Virus record (IMG/VR): IMGVR_UViG_3300045988_128092
Reading direction: 5' to 3' (one strand)
Length of the DNA stretch: 45,911 bases
Origin: a virus
A program made the position numbers and the translations under genes. Below the pieces are notes generated by a model. The model saw only the letters and a list, made by a program, of their open reading frames with translations. It searched no databases and had not been told where the DNA came from. Positions 41,500 through 45,911 of this stretch are shown here, piece by piece. Within the stretch, counting starts at the first letter, position 1. Each line of letters opens with the position of its first letter.

Positions 41500-41709
41500 A
41501 TGAAAACAGAGAAAACAGCGGCCGAAAGGCGCGAGGAATTGGCGACCCTCTTGTTTTGCCAAAGTTATCTATACTATCACGATATGCTGTCCTTGGCCGA
41601 ATATAACATGATACATAAGAGGACATTGGCCTTTCAGAATGAGCACCGAATCGCTATCACGCGGGAGCAGATCGACAGTGTGGAAATTAAATACCAAGAT
41701 GAACTATGA
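41500..41709 (+). CDS. Hypothetical (69 aa)
   Basis: ORF track, coupled chain. Confidence 0.5.
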   Translation: MKTEKTAAERREELATLLFCQSYLYYHDMLSLAEYNMIHKRTLAFQNEHRIAITREQIDSVEIKYQDEL

Positions 41710-41903
41710 AAGGATACAGAATCAAAGTAGTGGCGCAGATAACCATTAACGTCACCAAAGAGGAGTTCGACAAGGACAATTCCATAGGAATAGGATTCAA
41801 CAAATTTAATGCGGTAATGTATGCGAAAGGATGCCTTGTCGAACGGCTACGGAATGACCCCAATGTGGGGAGTGTGAAGGTTGAGGAATTCGAGCACGAA
41901 TAA
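41706..41903 (+). CDS. Hypothetical (65 aa)
   Basis: ORF track, ATGA-coupled. Confidence 0.5.
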   Translation: MKGYRIKVVAQITINVTKEEFDKDNSIGIGFNKFNAVMYAKGCLVERLRNDPNVGSVKVEEFEHE

Positions 41904-41906
41904 ATT

Positions 41907-42080
41907 ATGACACCTAAGGAACTTTACGACTGGGCGGTCGAGAGCGACTGCGAAAATTTCGACATAAAAATACGTGCGTTCATTGATGGCTGGGGTGATA
42001 TTGCTTCCGATATTGAGGAGCTTGGAATTGTCAAAAAAGAACGACCTAAAATGATTATAATTGACATAAATAACCAATGA
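41907..42080 (+). CDS. Hypothetical (57 aa)
   Basis: Hand-translated MTPKELYDWAVESDCENFD... ATGA overlap with the next gene. Confidence 0.4.
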   Translation: MTPKELYDWAVESDCENFDIKIRAFIDGWGDIASDIEELGIVKKERPKMIIIDINNQ

Positions 42081-42583
42081 AACGAGAACTCACACTGACC
42101 GACATTGTAGGGTACCTTCCGTATAAGTTACAAATTGAATCTCAGTTTGACGGGAAAATATGCACCGCAAATATATGGAACCTACAAGGGGCCATAGTGG
42201 CGAATTTTAAGCCAATCCTTCGGCCTATGTCCGATCTGTGCGTGGAGATCACCGAGCGAGGTTACAACGACGGGAAACCGTTCGTGCCTATTCTTGAGTT
42301 GGCGAATTTATTGGGATCCCCGGCGCGGTATCAATGGATACTGAATTCAGACGGGTGTTGTGCGTTTTCTCCTGAAGCGATGGACTATTTCCGCTGGTTG
42401 GAAGAAGAAAAGTCATTTATCCATAGCTTATCGTATGGGGACTCATCTACGGGCTACGTTATATGCAACCAGCATGAAATATATGACCTGTTACACCGCC
42501 TCCACTTCGACTACCGCGGTCTGATCGACGCCGGACTGGCCGTCAGCGTTCACGATTTACCCACAAATCCCTATGAGACATGA
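42077..42583 (+). CDS. Hypothetical (168 aa)
   Basis: ORF track. Confidence 0.6.
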   Translation: MKRELTLTDIVGYLPYKLQIESQFDGKICTANIWNLQGAIVANFKPILRPMSDLCVEITERGYNDGKPFVPILELANLLGSPARYQWILNSDGCCAFSPEAMDYFRWLEEEKSFIHSLSYGDSSTGYVICNQHEIYDLLHRLHFDYRGLIDAGLAVSVHDLPTNPYET

Positions 42584-42789
42584 AAAAAATAACCGATTAT
42601 GATCGTGGCTATTGGATAGCCGTGCAAAATGCTGCCTCCTTTGATTTACAGGCGGATAGACAAGCAGTGAAGGCATTGATTAGAGATGCTGGATTTGACC
42701 GAGATACTTGCCTAAAACTAATGGAGGAAAATGATTTTAATGCTGAAATAATCCATCCAGTAGTGGATGAAATGTATCCAGAAAAATGA
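42580..42789 (+). CDS. Hypothetical (69 aa)
   Basis: ORF track, coupled. Confidence 0.5.
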   Translation: MKKITDYDRGYWIAVQNAASFDLQADRQAVKALIRDAGFDRDTCLKLMEENDFNAEIIHPVVDEMYPEK

Positions 42790-43016
42790 AAACCAAACTA
42801 CTGCGCCGACTGAGGCGGGAGGGGCGTTGTCAGATAAATATCTATTCAGTTCGTAAGGATATGGATGGGACGGTTGTTGGCATGAGCTATGGGTATAGTT
42901 CGGATGAATATGCGCATCTATGGCATTTTGCAATGTCCCCCGATGATCTTAAAGAAGAGGCTGTGAGGATATACATGAATCTCCGCGTTGCGGCGCTAAA
43001 ACAGAAGAGAAAATGA
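42786..43016 (+). CDS. Hypothetical (76 aa)
   Basis: ORF track, coupled. Confidence 0.5.
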   Translation: MKTKLLRRLRREGRCQINIYSVRKDMDGTVVGMSYGYSSDEYAHLWHFAMSPDDLKEEAVRIYMNLRVAALKQKRK

Positions 43017-43201
43017 AAACAAAAGTGACATTCAAAGATAGTTTTGATAATGGCCAGATGTCAGTAGAAATTACTGGTAGTGGGAATATTAGGCTGGGGA
43101 TGGGCGAGGATGATGTATGGCTGTCGCTCAATGATTTCGAGGAATTTATCCAAGAATGCACCCAGCTCGCTGTGAAACTTAAAGAAAGTAAGAAAAAATG
43201 A
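43013..43201 (+). CDS. Hypothetical (62 aa)
   Basis: ORF track, coupled. Confidence 0.5.
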   Translation: MKTKVTFKDSFDNGQMSVEITGSGNIRLGMGEDDVWLSLNDFEEFIQECTQLAVKLKESKKK

Positions 43202-43324
43202 AGACGCGTTTTTTCTCAAATGCACAATTACAAACATAACAGAATGGTACTATTTGAGATGGTACTACATATGCCGTAAGGCCACGGTTGAGGAGATTAT
43301 TGAACATTTCAAAAAGAGGGAGAA

Positions 43325-43570
43325 ATGATACGAGCAAGATTCTATATCAAATTCAAAGATTGCGGTAACGATTATCGGCCGGTTAAATGGCCAATCAAGC
43401 ATCCGTATTGGTGTACGGGCGAAAGCGTCGACTCTTTCGTTATTGTCGCCTATGCCGAAAATGTCGAGCAAGTGAAGGATCTATGGCCGGAGGCTTATAT
43501 GATCGAATGCGAGGAAGTGAATGAAATAACCTTCACCACAAGATTCCCAAAACCGAAGTGGTACAATTAA
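43325..43570 (+). CDS. Hypothetical (81 aa)
   Basis: ORF track. Confidence 0.5.
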   Translation: MIRARFYIKFKDCGNDYRPVKWPIKHPYWCTGESVDSFVIVAYAENVEQVKDLWPEAYMIECEEVNEITFTTRFPKPKWYN

Positions 43571-43584
43571 TATCAATGTAAGCT

Positions 43585-44214
43585 ATGAAAAAGATCTTGT
43601 TTAACGATCGCTACGGCTTGACGGATGCGGTCATCGAGGGGCGAAAGACCATGACAAGGCGGCCTGTTAGCGAGAGTTTGTGGGAAGAATGGACGGATTA
43701 CGATGACTTTTGTAATTCGGTAATAGGTGGCATTGCGCGTGGTGGCACAAGTGTTTCGCGGGAATACTACCGTGAATGCGACTTTTTCAAAGACAAATGC
43801 CGCTACAAAGTCGGCGAGGTCGTGGCCGTGGCGCAAAGTTACCGTGACATATTTAAGGGTATGAAGCAAGACGACAGCAGGCGCGCCAAGTATGCTGGCG
43901 AGAAATACACTCCGGGATATGGAAATAAAATGTACGTGAGAGCCGATATGATGATTGAGCATATCCGCATCACGGGAATCCGTTGCGAGCGCTTGCAGGA
44001 TATTTCGGACGAGGATTGCGTAAAGGAAGGAGTGCGTGTAGGTTCGCAAGCATTAGAATACCCATACTATTTTATAGACACAAAACAATTTTTGATCTGT
44101 GATTATAAATCACCCAGGCGAGCCTTCGCCGCACTAATCGACAAGGTGTCCGGCCGTGGAACGTGGGATCGGAACCCGTGGGTGGTGGCTTACGAATTTG
44201 AGTTGGTGAAATGA
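43585..44214 (+). CDS. ASCH/PUA-like domain protein
   Basis: N-terminal ILFNDRYGLTDAVIEGRKTMTRR...KYKVGEVVAV pattern. Confidence 0.5.
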   Translation: MKKILFNDRYGLTDAVIEGRKTMTRRPVSESLWEEWTDYDDFCNSVIGGIARGGTSVSREYYRECDFFKDKCRYKVGEVVAVAQSYRDIFKGMKQDDSRRAKYAGEKYTPGYGNKMYVRADMMIEHIRITGIRCERLQDISDEDCVKEGVRVGSQALEYPYYFIDTKQFLICDYKSPRRAFAALIDKVSGRGTWDRNPWVVAYEFELVK

Positions 44215-44450
44215 GCGATTTGATCTGTCAAATAGTCACCCGTAAAATATATGCTTACGTGGCTGAGATATACGGGACGCCCATGTTTTGGGATGGCAAG
44301 TGGTGTCTTATGGTTTATGTACTTTGGCGGGATAATGGATGCCCAATACGCGAAGGAATGGTATTAAAGTTCGACACTAAAGAAGAGGCGGAACGGGTGA
44401 AAATCGGGACGATAGCGAAGGATAAAACACTTTTCGAATTAGTAAAATAG
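44211..44450 (+). CDS. Hypothetical (79 aa)
   Basis: ORF track, ATGA-coupled. Confidence 0.5.
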   Translation: MSDLICQIVTRKIYAYVAEIYGTPMFWDGKWCLMVYVLWRDNGCPIREGMVLKFDTKEEAERVKIGTIAKDKTLFELVK

Positions 44451-44452
44451 CA

Positions 44453-44605
44453 ATGAGTATGAATATATTTAAGATACGCATGGGGAAATGCTGGTGTCAC
44501 AGGCACACCACAGGCCATGGATATTTGGAGGTGTGGCTATTTGGACGCCTCTATGAAGTATTCAGATACAGAGGGGCGTGCAAAAATTGCGACGCTCCGT
44601 TTTGA
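44453..44605 (+). CDS. Small Cys/His-rich protein (50 aa)
   Basis: Hand-translated MSMNIFKIRMGKCWCHRHTTGHGYLEVWLFGRLYEVFRYRGACKNCDAPF. Confidence 0.3.
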   Translation: MSMNIFKIRMGKCWCHRHTTGHGYLEVWLFGRLYEVFRYRGACKNCDAPF

Positions 44606-44650
44606 AAAAATAGCGAGATTCTCGCAAAATCTCGAAAAACTGAAATAACC

Positions 44651-44842
44651 ATGATAACAATGACTTGGTATAATACCGTGGCAGTAGTGGTGTATATCCT
44701 TCTATTGTTTTGGGCGAAAAATATCTACGATCGGCCGTGGCGCGATTACGACGTTGACGGCTTACTTTTATCAATTTCATGGATAAATGTAACGTTGGTG
44801 TTTACCCTTTTGTGGGGAGGTTTATTTTGGTGGGAAATTTAA
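44651..44842 (+). CDS. Small two-TM membrane protein (63 aa)
   Basis: Two hydrophobic helices. Confidence 0.5.
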   Translation: MITMTWYNTVAVVVYILLLFWAKNIYDRPWRDYDVDGLLLSISWINVTLVFTLLWGGLFWWEI

Positions 44843-44856
44843 TAAAACTGAATAGC

Positions 44857-44991
44857 ATGAAGAATTTCGATTTAGCAGCCGCCAAAGCAGGCGCGGCGGT
44901 GTGTACGAGGAGTAAAAAACCAGTAGAAATCATATGCCGTATCATACGCCGACGCCCTCCTTGAAGAGCTGGAGAAAACGGAGAAGAAATT
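44857..44991 (+). pseudogene. Possible frameshifted remnant of a small phage gene
   Basis: MKNFDLAAAKAGAAVCTRSKKPVEII then a premature stop. The +1 frame continues as ...YADALLEELEKTEKKL. Confidence 0.3.
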
Positions 44992-45099
44992 ATGAAAAAA
45001 CAATATAATGAAAGGCCTACAACCATAATAGTTTGGCTGGTCGTAATACTGGCAATAATAGTTATGATCGCCTTTACCGGAATCAAACCGGCAATGTAA
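44992..45099 (+). CDS. 35-aa single-TM peptide
   Basis: MKKQYNERPTTIIVWLVVILAIIVMIAFTGIKPAM. Followed by a terminator. Confidence 0.4.
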   Translation: MKKQYNERPTTIIVWLVVILAIIVMIAFTGIKPAM

Positions 45100-45131
45100 A
45101 GGGCTCCCTGATCCGGAGCCCTTTGTGTTTG
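45098..45131 (+). terminator. Rho-independent terminator ending the early operon
   Basis: AAAGGGCTCC / GGAGCCCTTT stem, then GTGTTTG. Confidence 0.6.
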
Positions 45132-45197
45132 TGGCGCTCTCAAGCCCCACCTTTGACATATCACTCCAAAGGTAGCAACTTATTTCGATAAAAGCAA

Positions 45198-45473
45198 ATG
45201 GGGAGAAGGGCGGAAGGGCGGCCAACTATCGCCGACTATACGGTATGGACAAATGAACTGAGCCGGGAAGAACTGATGATAATTATACATGGCATATGCA
45301 ATCATCGGATCAATCAAGCGAAGAGAAAGCTCCAGTTTTTGCGGGCGCAGCGTGACAGGCGCCGAGCCACGCGGGGTAAATATAGGGAACCGAATCCGCC
45401 TATTTCGTGGCGGAGGTTTAAAACAAAGGAAAGAGATCATATTGACGGACGGCAACAGGAGTTGCCATTTTAA
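45198..45473 (+). CDS. Hypothetical basic protein (91 aa)
   Basis: ATG ORF, Arg/Lys-rich. A competing antisense ORF lowers confidence. Confidence 0.4.
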   Translation: MGRRAEGRPTIADYTVWTNELSREELMIIIHGICNHRINQAKRKLQFLRAQRDRRRATRGKYREPNPPISWRRFKTKERDHIDGRQQELPF

Positions 45474-45487
45474 ATAATTAGGTGGAT

Positions 45488-45766
45488 ATGGAACAAGATA
45501 TTTATGAAGAATTAAAGAGTATAAAGCAGTATCTATTGTTGGGAGCTAAAAGCGCCTTAAATATGGATGATGCAGCTTTACTTACCGGGTTGTCAAAATC
45601 TCGCTTATATTGTCTCGTCAGTAAAAAACAAGTTCCTCATTATAAAAAAGGCAAATCAACCTACTTTAACAAAAAAGAATTAGAAAACTGGATGCTTCAA
45701 ATTAGAGTGTCTACGGATGAGGAGGTAGAGCAACAAGCTGCACAATATGTATATAATAAAAATTGA
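45488..45766 (+). CDS. xis: Excisionase-like HTH (MerR/HTH_17-type) protein
   Basis: LNMDDAALLTGLSKSRLYCLVSKKQVPHYKKGKSTYFNKKELENWM. Adjacent to the right att end. Confidence 0.65.
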   Translation: MEQDIYEELKSIKQYLLLGAKSALNMDDAALLTGLSKSRLYCLVSKKQVPHYKKGKSTYFNKKELENWMLQIRVSTDEEVEQQAAQYVYNKN

Positions 45767-45815
45767 GTATATTTGTTGTGCGAGATTTGTGTAGCAAAGG
45801 GGCTGTTTTATGCTT

Positions 45816-45834
45816 TTTGTTACTCGTTTGTTAC
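45816..45834 (+). promoter_or_regulatory. Putative integrase arm-type sites (2 x TTGTTAC)
   Basis: 19-mer identical to 161-179. Confidence 0.5.
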
Positions 45835-45889
45835 CTGATTTCCCAAGATATAACCTAAGTGTTTGATTTCCATTGTATATAATATATTA

Positions 45890-45911
45890 TCTACGACAAC
45901 TTCGGCTCGTA
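45890..45911. repeat. Right copy of 22-bp terminal direct repeat (putative att core, attR)
   Basis: Identical to 1-22. Confidence 0.8.

Noticed and set aside
43244-43267. Direct repeat ATGGTACTA x2 in the 43201-43325 gap as a regulatory element
   Set aside because: It is short and AT-rich, has no associated promoter box or hairpin, and could easily arise by chance.
1-45911. Alternative genetic code (stop-codon recoding), suggested by phage-borne tRNAs
   Set aside because: All large late genes (terL, portal, capsid, tape measure, fibres) are intact in the standard code. The only clear tRNA is an ordinary tRNA-Gln(UUG), not a suppressor.

Overview
The window is one complete integrative element of about 45.9 kb. 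It is a temperate tailed phage (prophage or excised circle) whose signals point to a Bacteroidota host: TAnnTTTG/-33 TTTG promoter boxes, no Shine-Dalgarno sequences, a Bacteroides-type tyrosine integrase and a DUF4468-like gene. It starts and ends with the same 22-mer (1-22 = 45890-45911), and TTGTTAC arm-type repeats sit just inside both ends.

Layout:
- Integrase, 224-1348 (+).
- A minus-strand cargo block of ORFans and HExxH proteins, 1440-5715.
- A lysis cassette, 5703-7238.
- Receptor-binding and tail-fibre genes, 7712-12040.
- The tail/virion module including a tape-measure-like gene, 12040-21120.
- An HK97-type head module (capsid, protease, portal, TerL, TerS), 21162-26208.
- An AT-rich lysogeny-side accessory island, 26300-29084: hicAB, a DUF4468-like secreted protein, an FtsK-gamma/HNH fusion and a CI-like repressor.
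- A long plus-strand early/replication operon, 29300-45766: Cro-like HTH, LuxR-type regulator, ERF, SSB, NinG, replication initiator, Dam methylase, many small ORFans and an excisionase-like HTH.

Most unusual content:
1. A 34 x 18-bp in-frame tandem array encoding a Cys-ladder hexapeptide-repeat protein.
2. An RNA-rich island immediately downstream of it: an aberrant 113-nt tRNA-like gene, about 360-420 nt of GC-rich hairpin-dense non-coding DNA, tRNA-Gln(UUG), and a promoter-to-terminator leader with a three-way complementary 11-12-mer that overlaps a start codon.
3. The FtsK-gamma-HNH + DUF4468 operon and hicAB, each punctuated by copies of one terminator.
4. An AT-rich 2.2-kb insert in the replication module carrying a second Xer-like recombinase, a methyltransferase-like gene truncated after a degenerate catalytic motif, and an HNH endonuclease.
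5. Three HExxH mini-proteins, two of which are clear paralogues.

I saw no CRISPR array, rRNA, transposase or reverse transcriptase. All calls come from reading the sequence and ORF translations; no database search was run.
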